Below, piece by piece: positions 14,647-23,844 of a DNA stretch of 24,000 bases. The position numbers and the translations under genes were made by a program. The first letter of the stretch is position 1, and the number at the start of each line of letters is the position of its first letter. The notes beneath the pieces are model-generated. The model was given only the letters and a program-made list of their open reading frames with translations. It had not been told where the DNA came from and ran no database searches. The DNA is from an uncultured Oscillospiraceae bacterium (GTDB taxonomy: Bacteria; Bacillota; Clostridia; Peptostreptococcales; Anaerovoracaceae): contig CAYNTJ010000009.1 in the NCBI GenBank assembly GCA_964400515.1, positions 59,292 through 83,291 of the forward strand. Reading direction: 5' to 3'.

Positions 14647-15099
14647 TTAGATGCCTCGCATTGTCAGGCCGTTTTCGCTCTGTCCGGACTGCTCCATCTG
14701 CTGCGAAGGTTCCCTGAACACATCAAGGTAATTGTTGATGGCCTCGGATATCTGATCATAGTCCGATTTATTCGGCTTGTAGACATACCAATCAATTCCC
14801 TCCCCATACTTCCATATGTACGGGGTTATACCATTTCTGAAGTTCGGGTTGCTGACCGTTTTCCTGCCAAACAGGTCGGAAAATCGTAGAGTTACAGCGT
14901 CTACCGGTCCGTCATTTCGGTTGATTACGGTTGCCTTGATCGCCTCGTAATGATCCGCTGTACCCGTCGTGACGAATTCAATTTTCACGCGGAGTTTGTC
15001 GGTGAGCTTCCCGAAGAAAGCCCTTCCGACAAACTTTTTATCAGAGATGGTTATGTCATTTCCGAACAGCCTGCGAAGCTCCTGTTCAAAGTAATTCAT
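14647..15099 (-). CDS. hypothetical conjugation-operon protein (150 aa)
   Basis: Start refined to the ATG at 15099 (AGGAGG 7 nt upstream). The product MNYFEQELRRLFGNDITISDKKFVGRAFFGKL... looks soluble. No family recognised. Confidence 0.65.
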   Translation of the reverse strand: MNYFEQELRRLFGNDITISDKKFVGRAFFGKLTDKLRVKIEFVTTGTADHYEAIKATVINRNDGPVDAVTLRFSDLFGRKTVSNPNFRNGITPYIWKYGEGIDWYVYKPNKSDYDQISEAINNYLDVFREPSQQMEQSGQSENGLTMRGI

Positions 15100-15110
15100 T
15101 TTCATACCTC

Positions 15111-15449
15111 CTACATTCCGAGGATAGTCCAGATGTAAAGCGGAGCCGTTAACGTGAACACTAAACAGGCGAACAAGATCGCCGGCGCGGCCCATTCGAA
15201 CTGACCATGCTTGCGATAATCAAAATATGCGGTCCCAATTTTTGCAAAGAAAAACACGGCCAGGATCAGATCGATGGCGGGAAACACCACCTTGTTGACG
15301 ACCGTTTTGATTTGACTGGATGCATCATTCCATGTGCTTTGTATTGCTCCTGCTACATCGCCGCTGCCTGCCGCATATGCGGTCGTTCCCATGAGACAGG
15401 TCAGCAGAAGAATAACGCAGAGAATCGTGAGGATATGTTTCAGTTTCAT
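15111..15449 (-). CDS. VirB2/TrbC-like pilin-type small membrane protein
   Basis: Start refined to the ATG at 15449 (GGAAAGGTGGAAG upstream). The signal peptide MKLKHILTILCVILLLTCLMGTTAYA is followed by two hydrophobic helices separated by a short basic loop (DYRKHGQ). This is the topology of T4SS VirB2-type subunits. Confidence 0.5.
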   Translation of the reverse strand: MKLKHILTILCVILLLTCLMGTTAYAAGSGDVAGAIQSTWNDASSQIKTVVNKVVFPAIDLILAVFFFAKIGTAYFDYRKHGQFEWAAPAILFACLVFTLTAPLYIWTILGM

Positions 15450-15484
15450 AGAATACTTCCACCTTTCCATATAATTTTTACATG

Positions 15485-15527
15485 AAAAAGGACCGCAAAG
15501 ACGTTACTCTGCGATCCTTTTTCTTTT
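15485..15527. terminator. bidirectional rho-independent terminator just downstream of the intron
   Basis: The minus strand reads AAAAAGGATCGCAGAG-TAACGT-CTTTGCGGTCCTTTTTC, an ~11-bp stem with G-U pairs. T-runs follow the stem on both strands. Confidence 0.65.
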
Positions 15528-15601
15528 CTGAGGGTTAGGGTTTTACAGGGGCGAATAGCGATAGGTAATCCTTTGATGTCATCGCCGGATTTTCCCCCGC
15601 T

Positions 15602-17585
15602 TCACACCGTGCATGAGAGTTTCCCCTCACACGGCGTTCCATCGGGAATTTCTTCTGGTATGATAAAGCAGTTATCAACGATTGCAAGCTTCCGAAGCTG
15701 ATTGAGCTTTTTAATTTGCGGTTTTGTTAGACTGAAATGTGAGAATAATTCAAGTACCGTTGTAGGATTGTTTGCATGTATAAGCTGGTGCATCCGTTCA
15801 GAAACAATAATTAAGTTCGCATATTCATCTGTACCGCCACAGTGTTTTGGTACTATATGATGACAGTGAACCTCATCTCTGTCCAGAATCTGTTTGCTGA
15901 CCGCACATTTTCCATGCTGTGCACAGTACAGGGAAAGGCGATTATCATTTAACTCCACCGTTTTATGGCAGATAGGGTTTCTCATCAGATAGTGCAGGAT
16001 ATTTTTATCTATCCGTTCCAGTCCTTTGTGAATGACATCCCTGCCTTCCGGCGTGTATTTATTAACGATTCTCGCTTTCATACGGGGATATTTATGCGAC
16101 ACATAACCGATTGGCACCAGCACTTTTGTATCATTTGTGCCGATAAACCGGAGTTGTGCACTTTTTCCGTATGCTTCCTGTATGTGCTTTGGTATGGTAT
16201 ATTGAATTTTCCTGCTATCCAGCCATGTCTTTGTTTTCAGCCGTTCACGGAGTCTTGCTTTCAGGCTCTTGTAGATGGGAAAGGCAATTTCCCTAAAATC
16301 CTTCTGAACATGGGTAGCCATGTTGTAGTAGTTATGCACTCCGATAACGAATGAGTTATACATGGATACGGCGGTATATTGACCGTCTTTTCCGTCTGTG
16401 TGGAACTCAATATCATGTATGAGTGCGCGCGCTTTTTGGACAATCTTTTTCTTTGATTTGTCAGTGATGTGGCTTTTAACGATGTATTTTGGCTCTCCGT
16501 TTGTTTTTGCGCCTCTGCGAATCAGCTTCATCTTAAAGCCCAAGAATTCGGAATATCCCTTTTTCAGATTGACGATTTGCGATTTATCCCGATTGATTTC
16601 AAGCCCCAGACGGTGCTTGAGCCAATCCTGAACAGCATGGAACACCTTTTTCGCATCGCCACGCTTTCTGCAAAATATGCGAAAATCATCGGCATAACGC
16701 ACAATGTAGCATTCCTTCAGGTTGGTCAGATTTCTAAGCGAGCCATATCGACTGCTGTGAATCGGAGCACCGTTCGCACTAATTCCGGTGGAATATTGCC
16801 GTTTTGTAGGCATGTTTTCCCATTGGCTTGCTATCCACCAATCCAGTTCATTCAGCACGATATTTGAAAGAAGCGGGGAAATGACGCCGCCTTGAGGTGT
16901 TCCTTTTTCTGGAAATCCTATTCCGGCTACTTCTGCTTTCAGCATTGCGGATATGATTGAGAGCAGGGTTTTATCCCGTATTCCCATTGTCCACATTTGC
17001 TTGAGCAGTTTCCCATGACTGACGTTTTCAAAAAAATCCTTTGATGTCTATGTCAACCACAAAAGAAAGTCCGCTTAACTGCATCATTTTAACCGCCTGT
17101 GCTATGGCGTGTTCGGTGCTTCGGTTTGGGCGAAAGCCGTGACTGTTATCATGAAATTTGGCTTCGCATATTGGTTCCAGCACCTGCAACACGCATTGCT
17201 GTATCAGCCTGTCCATGATGGTTGGTATACCGAGCGGGCGCATTTTTGTCGGGTCATTTGGTTTCGGTATTTCTACCCTGCGCACCGGCTGGGGTTCGTA
17301 CCAACTCAATTTTCGCTGGACAAGGTAAACCAGCCGTTCATCACTTAACTTGGATAGATTTTCGATTGTCCGGTTGTCTGTGCCTGCTGTCCTACTTCCT
17401 TTGTTTTTCCTGATATTGCGGTATGCCAGCTTGATATTTTCCTCCGCTGTTATCAGCGGCATAAGGTCTTTGAAAATGCGACCGTTTTTGCTGTCGGCAT
17501 ACAGCTTATCAAAGATTTCCTGAAGGCCGTAGTATTCAGCATGGCGTAATTTTGCCTTTTTCCTTTGCTTGCCTGTCGCTGTCAT
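15602..17585 (-). pseudogene. group II intron reverse transcriptase/maturase with HNH-type endonuclease domain, split by a +1 frameshift
   Basis: Two ORFs, 17585-17028 and 16996-15602. The first ends ...VVDIDIKGFF*, and the continuation ENVSHGKLLKQMWTMGIRD... is in the next frame. Deleting one A from the A7 run at 17030-17036 fuses them. Also present are the YADD catalytic motif (IVRYADDFRIF), a maturase X region, and C-terminal CAQHGKCAVS...CHHIVPKHCGGTDEYANLIIVSERMHQLIH (Zn-finger/HNH). Confidence 0.9.
15604..15637 (-). ncRNA. group II intron domain V
   Basis: ACGCCGUGUGAGGG-GAAA-CUCUCAUGCACGGUGU is 34 nt with a GAAA tetraloop and a two-nucleotide bulge (AU) on the 3' strand. The catalytic-triad position reads CGC. 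The RT ORF stop codon lies inside this helix. Confidence 0.8.
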
Positions 17586-18301
17586 AGTCGGCTCACCTCG
17601 CTTTTAATGGCGGGTCTGCCTTTCTTAGTCTTACTCGAACCTATGATATTGTCTGCTTTTACCTTACTGTTTTTCAGAATCATTCTCGACTTGTGGCTAT
17701 CCCTCCGCCGTGTTTCCACGGTTTCATAGGTACTATGCCACTGCTCTCAGCCAGATTAAATCAGGTTATACGGTGACCGCTTTCCCTGATACCGCTTCCT
17801 TACGCTGCAATGCGCTCCACGTCCTGACCTTTCTACGTTCCGATATTCCTATCCAATTTCCAATACCCTTAGGTTTTCCTTTGAGCCTGTACGCTGGACG
17901 GCACCTGTAATGCCGTAAGGACTTTCATGGGCACTATTTTACTTATCCTCACGCACACCGCATGACACGGTTACAACCTTTCGATTGTATCGACTTTTAG
18001 ACCCTTTCATTCGGAAATTCGTCAGCGGGCTAACTACCCGCATTCTCACCATAGGTATTGATAGACCTCCGGCATATAGACCGCACCATGTACCTCTACA
18101 CAGCTTTCCACAGCTTGACCTGTTTGGGCGGTTCTCTGCCGACTTCAACGGGCTTTACACATCAAATCTATTGCACGACTGATGCATACCGTAGTATCAA
18201 GGGGGCGTTTCAGGGCGTTACCCCATCATTCCACCCATCGGAATATCAGTTCTACAAGAACTGTGTTTATTAAAACACGACCTTGCGCCTAACCTTTTCA
18301 G

Positions 18302-19994
18302 TTAGAAACGTATCGCACTATGCCAGTCCGACCACAGGTTGCCCTGTATGTTGACAGAGTCTGTGAGGTTCGCTGACAACATTCCGGCTGGCGTCCAGCA
18401 GTCAATGAGCCATGTATACGCCGTGTAGCTTCCGTCCGGGAACCAGATGGGCGTAAAGTGTGTCCGGCGTTTATAGGTCGAGTATTTGTTGGACGCGAAC
18501 TCAAACTTGGCGTTGTATCCGGATTGCGTCTGCTCCAGCAGCCTCCAGTATGTTTTGTATTGAAATTCGGGGAAATAGGTCACGGCAGTCTGTGTATCTG
18601 TCACTGCCGAGGACTGGTTGGTACTGACATTTGCCGTGGTGGTCTGGTTGATGCCATAGCCGGATTTCATGGTTTTACCTGAAGCGGTGGGGTCTTTGGC
18701 ATCGGGGACAATGCTCATTGCGGAGGAAAGACTTGCGCTATAGGAAATCCAGTCGAACTCCCACCAGCCTTCGTCTACCCAATATCCGGTATCTTCACCC
18801 GTAGAAATCCATACCCAATTGGCATGCCACCAGGGACGCCAGATTCCCCACGATGCAGAGGTATTCTGTGCTTTGCTTGGTACGGACGGTGTGGTGTAGG
18901 AGTTGTTGCGATCATCCGCCACCGGATTTGGGGGTTCGTTGCCAGTGAGATCGACGATCTTTGCGGTGATGGTCCCCTGGCTTGGTGAACCACTGCCAGT
19001 CACCGATACGAGGATGGTCATGGTCTGCGGAGTGGCCGGTGTTGTCCAGCGCACCCACACCAGCTGACTGTCTCCCTCTGGATAATACACGCCGCTTACC
19101 GTGTAGGTTTGACTGCCAATAGTAAATTTGACCGTGACAGGATGATCCGGATCGGCCTGTCCGCCCCGCACAGTCACCGAAGTGATAACCTCTGTGTTGA
19201 CGCGGTACTCATAGTCAACTGTACTGACCTCAGTGGGGTCCGCCTCGGCTCCATTGAACCGCACGATACCAAGGCCAAGGGAGGATATAATATCCGTATC
19301 TGACGTCGCCGTAGTCGTGGAGCCGCCCCATGCGGGATAACCGAGATCCGCTGTTTCAAGAAACATCGCCAGCGGGAGGTTTTTGTGACTGAGAGATACC
19401 ATCTTACTTCGCAAGCCGCCATCCAGTTTCTGATCAAAAAGCGCAGCTTCTGTGGCTGTCATAGCGTATTTGATTCCTCCGAAGGTCATATAAGCAATAG
19501 GTTCAAGTAGGAGTTTATACTGCCCGTTTGTAAGCACATCAAAGTCCATACCTGTTAAATTTGCAATGCTCCTTATGACCTGCTCGTCAGTAAAGTAGCT
19601 CTTAATAGCGTCTATATTACCATTACCACTAGAGGTGCTGATGATTTTCGGAAGAGATTGTGAAGGTGTTGTATAGTAATACGCTCCTTGAACAGGAGAG
19701 AGATCTTCCGTTTGTGTATTGTAGCTTACTTACTTTACCAAAATGAATAATAGAATTTGCGGGGGTTTTATTTGTTAAATCAATTGGCGTGGTTACCACT
19801 GCATGGTCACTTGCACGAACAACGGTTACTCGTACACCTTCATCTCCTGTATTCCAATAGTCTGTGCTGGTACCGTTACCCATCCCTCCGCCGCCTCCAT
19901 CAACATTGCCTTCTCCAACAGCTAATGCAGGTGTCGGAGGAAATACAGCAAGCAATATAGCAAGTATCAGCAAAAAGCTGGCTATCCGTTTCAT
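18302..19994 (-). pseudogene. large secreted/surface protein of the conjugation operon, frameshifted by a 4-bp duplication and carrying the intron at its 3' end
   Basis: ORF 19994-19629 begins with the signal peptide MKRIASFLLILAILLAVFPPTPALA. ORF 19549-18302 stays open upstream of its ATG to about 19720 (…VSYNTQTEDLSPVQGAYYYTTPSQSLPKIISTSSGNGNIDAIKSYFTDEQVIRSIANLTGMDFDV…). Removing one TTAC from TTACTTAC (19726-19733) joins the two ORFs. The C-terminal region is Trp-rich (WGIWRPWWHANWVWISTGEDTGYWVDEGWWEFDW). Confidence 0.7.
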
Positions 19995-20013
19995 GTAGTC
20001 CTCCTTCTAACGC

Positions 20014-20043
20014 AAAAAACACAGCATTTCTGCTGTGTTTTTT
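20014..20043. terminator. bidirectional rho-independent terminator inside the operon
   Basis: AAAAAACACAGCA-TTTC-TGCTGTGTTTTTT has a perfect 8-bp stem (20019-20026 and 20031-20038) flanked by A6 and T6. It lies between the stop at 20060 and the next ATG at 19994. Confidence 0.75.
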
Positions 20044-20059
20044 AGAGTTGTTATATTAT

Positions 20060-20605
20060 TCAGTTCATGTTTCCAATCTTATTTCCGTTTTCGTACATGT
20101 CATCGGCCGAGGTGCCAACGTTGTCCCCGCTATCATCTACCCAGCCAAATCCAGGCACCCAAACCTGACCTTTTGAATTCTTATCTCCAGCTTTCGGTGT
20201 TGTTGACGAGGATGTACTGCTATCAGAATTGGTGACCTTCTGTCCGTCTGGCTTTTGAGAGGGATTCGTTTTTGCTTCCCCCGAAGGCTCGGCGGGTTTC
20301 GTCACTTCTGCCTGAATGCTCTGATCAGTTCCAGTGGGTTTACCAGTATCTGTCACCTGAGAAGCCGATTCTGTCGGGGTTATGGGCTTTACGTTGACTT
20401 CTGGCGTGGAAGTCGGGGTTCCCGCAGCTGCAGGAGTTGAGACAGAAGGAGTCAAAGTGTTTGTTGCCGTAGTTGAAGGCTGCACATCTGCTTCTTTGGG
20501 TGCCGCTGCTTTGAACTGCGAGGCTATCGCTATGACAAGGACGACACACACGACACCGAGTCCGGCAAGCGTGAGTCGCTTTTTTGCTTTTTCTGTCAGT
20601 TTCAT
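20060..20605 (-). CDS. N-terminally anchored Ser/Thr/Pro-rich membrane protein
   Basis: ATG at 20605 with AAGGAGGTAA upstream. The TM anchor LTLAGLGVVCVVLVIAIASQF is followed by a low-complexity T/S/P/A linker and a conserved-looking C-terminus, GQVWVPGFGWVDDSGDNVGTSADDMYENGNKIGNMN. Confidence 0.7.
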   Translation of the reverse strand: MKLTEKAKKRLTLAGLGVVCVVLVIAIASQFKAAAPKEADVQPSTTATNTLTPSVSTPAAAGTPTSTPEVNVKPITPTESASQVTDTGKPTGTDQSIQAEVTKPAEPSGEAKTNPSQKPDGQKVTNSDSSTSSSTTPKAGDKNSKGQVWVPGFGWVDDSGDNVGTSADDMYENGNKIGNMN

Positions 20606-20706
20606 GGTATGTTACCTCCTTTTTCATGTTGGTTGCCAATTTCCTTTTTTCAGTATCACACATTACCACAGACTTTTCCGTAAGTCTATGGGCCATTTTT
20701 AAGTTC

Positions 20707-21258
20707 TTAAAATAGAGGCATATACTTTGCCTGAACCTTGAGATTGATGATCATCGGCGGCAGAAGGTTCCCGGAAAAGGATACCGGAACCTCCAGCCGT
20801 ATCATTGTATCAGCCAGAAAGCCGTTCGTATTGTTAGGACTCGACGGGGCCAGCGGCATGTTTCGAAGGCTGACGGACAGTCCGGATAGCCTGAATTCCA
20901 CATTGCTTCCGGTATATTTCACATGATAGCCGTTCTCCTGCGTAAGCCCCAGCACCTTGTCCAGCCGGCTGTTAATGTCGCCGTAATCGAGGCTTTCCTC
21001 GAACTTATCCGCCGAAGGCTGGTATGCTCCGCTGTAGCCCTCCCGCACACCGTGGTACACGTTGTCATAGCTGTCGTTTACCGTTGAAATCACAGCGGAT
21101 TGTACCGCATCCCGGACACCTTGGGCGATGATCATCAGCCGGATGCCTTCGGAAGCGGCACAAAGGAACAGCAGCAGGGCCAGGGTGACCGCAACGGTGA
21201 GGGGAAAGGCTGTCCCTTTCTTGCTTTTGAGTATAGCACATAATTTTCCAGTTGTCAC
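20707..21258 (-). CDS. TadE-like / pseudopilin-like pilus assembly protein
   Basis: The start is set at the GTG at 21258 (GTGA overlap with the upstream stop, GAGGTG 8 nt upstream). The N-terminus VTTGKLCAILKSKKGTAFPLTVAVTLALLLFLCAASEG is a hydrophobic TadE-type leader. The 355-aa track ORF is an out-of-frame 5' extension across the upstream gene. Confidence 0.55.
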   Translation of the reverse strand: MTTGKLCAILKSKKGTAFPLTVAVTLALLLFLCAASEGIRLMIIAQGVRDAVQSAVISTVNDSYDNVYHGVREGYSGAYQPSADKFEESLDYGDINSRLDKVLGLTQENGYHVKYTGSNVEFRLSGLSVSLRNMPLAPSSPNNTNGFLADTMIRLEVPVSFSGNLLPPMIINLKVQAKYMPLF

Positions 21259-21650
21259 TTGTAATACACCTCGCTTTTTCCGCTGGCCTGTGCCTTCAGG
21301 GTAACAGGGAAGTTCCCAAAGCCGCCGAACAGCCCAATATCCGCCTGAGTGGTGAGCGTTACAGTGAATTCCTCGTTCAACTGGATTCTTCCGGTTTTCG
21401 ACCATGTAATACTTGGCGTCAGCCCTGTCTGTTCCGTCAGGACCTGCGCCCGGAGGGTGGTTTCCGTGCCGACGCACCCGGCGATCTCCGCTTCCCGGCA
21501 CAGCTCTGAGGCGTAAGTGTCCAGCTTGTTTTTCGTTATGAATACCGGCATGACGCTGATAGCAACAGCAAGCACCAGCATGACACAAAGCACCAGCACT
21601 GCCACATCGACATACCCCTCGCCGCGCTGCGAACGGAGGAGCTTCAGCAT
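21255..21650 (-). CDS. DUF4320-like / pseudopilin-like small protein
   Basis: The start is set at the ATG at 21650 (ATGCTGA overlap with the upstream stop, GAGGGGG 7 nt upstream). The product MLKLLRSQRGEGYVDVAVLVLCVMLVLAVAISVMP... has a Gly-containing leader followed by a hydrophobic helix, as in Tad pseudopilins. Confidence 0.55.
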   Translation of the reverse strand: MLKLLRSQRGEGYVDVAVLVLCVMLVLAVAISVMPVFITKNKLDTYASELCREAEIAGCVGTETTLRAQVLTEQTGLTPSITWSKTGRIQLNEEFTVTLTTQADIGLFGGFGNFPVTLKAQASGKSEVYYK

Positions 21651-22021
21651 AAGCGTACCCCCTCGTTCTGTTCCGGGGTCTGCCCATCCTCCAGCATGGC
21701 ATAGTCCCCCTCTCCCAGCCCTTTGTCGGCGATGTTCCAGAGCACATGGTCCATTTCGTCGGCATGGGACACATTCTGCTCCGCCAGCCACTGGTCGCTC
21801 ACTAACTGGAGCGGGTTATCAAACCGGAGCAGGTAATCTGCATAATCCGGATTACAGCCACCCATAAGCTCATCATAGACCAGCTTTACCGCGGCGATCT
21901 CCGCGGCCTGCTCAATGAGATCGGAAGCGGGTCGGTTCTGGAGCTGCTGGAGGTAGGTGCGGTAGTTTGCCTCAATCCGTTCCTGCAGCTTCTTTTCGAG
22001 TTTTTTTCTTTCCATATCCAT
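21644..22021 (-). CDS. small acidic cytoplasmic protein (125 aa), function unknown
   Basis: ATG at 22021 with AAGGAGGA 6 nt upstream. The product MDMERKKLEKKLQERIEANYRTYLQQLQNRPASDLIEQAAEIAAVKLVYDEL... has no TM segment. It possibly resembles a DUF3848-like family, but this is from memory and weak. Confidence 0.6.
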   Translation of the reverse strand: MDMERKKLEKKLQERIEANYRTYLQQLQNRPASDLIEQAAEIAAVKLVYDELMGGCNPDYADYLLRFDNPLQLVSDQWLAEQNVSHADEMDHVLWNIADKGLGEGDYAMLEDGQTPEQNEGVRLC

Positions 22022-22036
22022 ATGAGTTCCTCCTTC

Positions 22037-22918
22037 TTAAAACATGTTGCCAAGGGACGTTAAAATCTGAACCGCGATGATCGCCATATATGTCAGCAAA
22101 AAACACATCAGCATCACGAAGGAAAACACGCGGATTTTCGGCGGGATTTTCTGCGCCTGTCCCTTGAGACGCTGGAGCTCCAGTGCCTTGAAGTCATGAG
22201 CCAGCATCTGAAAATACACGGCGCTGTCATCGCCCCGCAGAACGCCGATGAGTCCTCTTACTACATCGGACAGCATGGGCGAGTTGAGCCTTGCTTCAAA
22301 CCGGGTCAGGGCGGCCTCATAGGATGAGGAGCGCATGTCGGCCGTCAGCACATCCAGCTCCCGCACGAAGGCAGGACCGGCGTTTTTCTTGTAATTCTCC
22401 AGCATGGCAAGTACATCACGGCTGGATTTCAAGGTCTGCTCAACCGTCGCCACAAACCGGGGCAGCTTGCCCTCGATTTGATCACGTTTTGCCTTCAGCC
22501 GTTCATCGGCCTTGCGTATTTCCTTGAAGTAGGTCAGAACAGCGAGGACGACCAGGACCGGTGTGACCAGAGGAAGCAGGAGCAGGCATGGAATGACGCC
22601 CAGCAGGATGGCTCCGGCCTTGGTGATGGCGTAGGCTGTGTAAACCTCCGGGGTCATGGAGTAGCCTGCCGCTTTGAGGATATTTGCCATCCGGCTGTGC
22701 TTGTACTCATCCATGCGGATATGCTTTGACAGCCTGACCGCGCCGGACATGATCCAGGCTTCTATGGTTTTTGCGGTTTTTTTGTTTCCTTTTCCTGCCC
22801 CCAGCATAGCCTTGGCCGTTTTCATGGTGGGCAGCTTCAGAATATCCGAGAGGACAAAAAACAGCCCCGCGGCAAGCAGAATTCCTGCTAAAAATAATTG
22901 CTTCATCATCTGCGTCAC
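22037..22918 (-). CDS. TadC-like type II secretion system F-domain membrane protein
   Basis: The start is either the GTG at 22918 (GTGA overlap) or, better placed relative to ACAGGAGG, the ATG at 22909. The layout is an N-terminal TM helix, a central helical cytoplasmic domain and C-terminal TM helices, as in TadB/TadC platform proteins. Confidence 0.75.
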   Translation of the reverse strand: MTQMMKQLFLAGILLAAGLFFVLSDILKLPTMKTAKAMLGAGKGNKKTAKTIEAWIMSGAVRLSKHIRMDEYKHSRMANILKAAGYSMTPEVYTAYAITKAGAILLGVIPCLLLLPLVTPVLVVLAVLTYFKEIRKADERLKAKRDQIEGKLPRFVATVEQTLKSSRDVLAMLENYKKNAGPAFVRELDVLTADMRSSSYEAALTRFEARLNSPMLSDVVRGLIGVLRGDDSAVYFQMLAHDFKALELQRLKGQAQKIPPKIRVFSFVMLMCFLLTYMAIIAVQILTSLGNMF

Positions 22919-23844
22919 CTCCTGTATTCAATGGGCTTGGTCAGCCGGATTACAAATGCCGTGGAAATAAAGATGGCAGCAGCACACACTGCCAGAATGA
23001 TCTGTCCCACCACCGTATACATCAAGGTGTGGTACCAGTCCTTGTTGAGTAAATACATGATGGGTACATTCCCAACCACCAGCATCGCCATGATAATGAA
23101 TTCCTTCCGGGGTTCGAATACCAGGTATTCCAGCTCCGCGTTAACAATGCGCATGTCGGACAGCTTGCTGACAATGGGGGTCAGGGTGGTTTTCAGGCTT
23201 CGGTCGTACTGGCAGGCGGCGATGGCGTCACACCACTCCCGGAAAACCTCGTTTTCAATTTTCGGCTTCATCGCATGGAGAGCATCGTCAATGTCCGGAC
23301 TGATGAGCTTTACCTGCGCCAGAAATCCGGCAAAAACACTCCGGACCGGTGGGTTTAGGTAGGGGAGACTTTCCTCCACCGCCGTCACGATATCCTCGTT
23401 CCGCAGATATGCCGTGGTGATGATGGATAAAGCCGTTTCCAGCTCGGCGGCGATGTTCTTTTTGTAGTGGCTTGATGTCAATCGGACGTACCAGAACGGA
23501 AGAAACATCATACCGACTGCCAGCACCGGCACCAGAAAAACATTCCCCATGAGGATGGCAAGGCTGGCGCCGCCGGCAAAGCACAGCAGGGATGCCGCGC
23601 AGATAAGGGAAAAGCGGCTGCTCCGTCCGGTGATCTTGAGGATTTCCTGCACCTCCGTGATCTCTCGCCGGAAAAAGGACATTTTTTTGCGCCGGGCGGC
23701 CTCGTTGATCTCTGAACGGATACTCTTGTTTTTCCGGGTCAGAAACCCGAAGAGGCCGTCGGTAAACGCAAGGGGTGAGATTCCGAGCAACAGAAAAGCG
23801 CCGGCAATCATACCGACGCAGGCAATTAAAAGGATTGCGGTCAA
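22915..23844 (-). CDS. TadB-like type II secretion system F-domain membrane protein
   Basis: The TTG start at 23844 overlaps the upstream stop as TTGA, with AGGAGG 9 nt upstream. 309 aa with the same platform-protein topology as its neighbour. Paired F-domain genes downstream of a secretion ATPase are the canonical Tad arrangement. Confidence 0.75.
   Translation of the reverse strand: MTAILLIACVGMIAGAFLLLGISPLAFTDGLFGFLTRKNKSIRSEINEAARRKKMSFFRREITEVQEILKITGRSSRFSLICAASLLCFAGGASLAILMGNVFLVPVLAVGMMFLPFWYVRLTSSHYKKNIAAELETALSIITTAYLRNEDIVTAVEESLPYLNPPVRSVFAGFLAQVKLISPDIDDALHAMKPKIENEVFREWCDAIAACQYDRSLKTTLTPIVSKLSDMRIVNAELEYLVFEPRKEFIIMAMLVVGNVPIMYLLNKDWYHTLMYTVVGQIILAVCAAAIFISTAFVIRLTKPIEYRR

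Larger units (their letters stand above)
15541..18318 (-). mobile_element. group II intron (ribozyme plus intron-encoded RT/maturase); 5' end firm, 3' end approximate
   Basis: GTGCG at 18318-18314 sits about 730 nt upstream of the RT ORF. TATGCC in domain I (18076-18071) complements the last six exon nucleotides GGCATA (18324-18319). A canonical 34-nt domain V lies at 15637-15604, followed by a long domain-VI-like helix region down to about 15541. Confidence 0.85.

Noticed and set aside
15485-15637. Classifying the intron as a typical class IIC (terminator-targeting) intron because of the CGC triad and nearby hairpin
   Set aside because: IIC introns insert just downstream of a terminator stem-loop and encode RTs without an endonuclease domain. 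Here the hairpin is in the 3' exon side, the 5' exon is coding sequence with a 6-nt IBS1/EBS1 match, and the RT has an HNH-type domain. The class is left open.
20255-20702. ORFs 20340-20696 (-), 20255-20440 (+) and 20382-20702 (+) overlapping the Ser/Thr/Pro-rich protein gene
   Set aside because: The low-complexity repeat DNA keeps several frames open. Only 20060-20605 has a strong SD, a TM anchor and a conserved-looking C-terminus.
20707-21774. 355-aa ORF as one large protein
   Set aside because: Its first ~170 codons (Arg/Gly/Cys/His-rich) overlap the DUF4320-like gene in another frame. A GTG with a proper SD and a GTGA stop-start overlap at 21258 gives a sensible TadE-like protein with an N-terminal hydrophobic leader.
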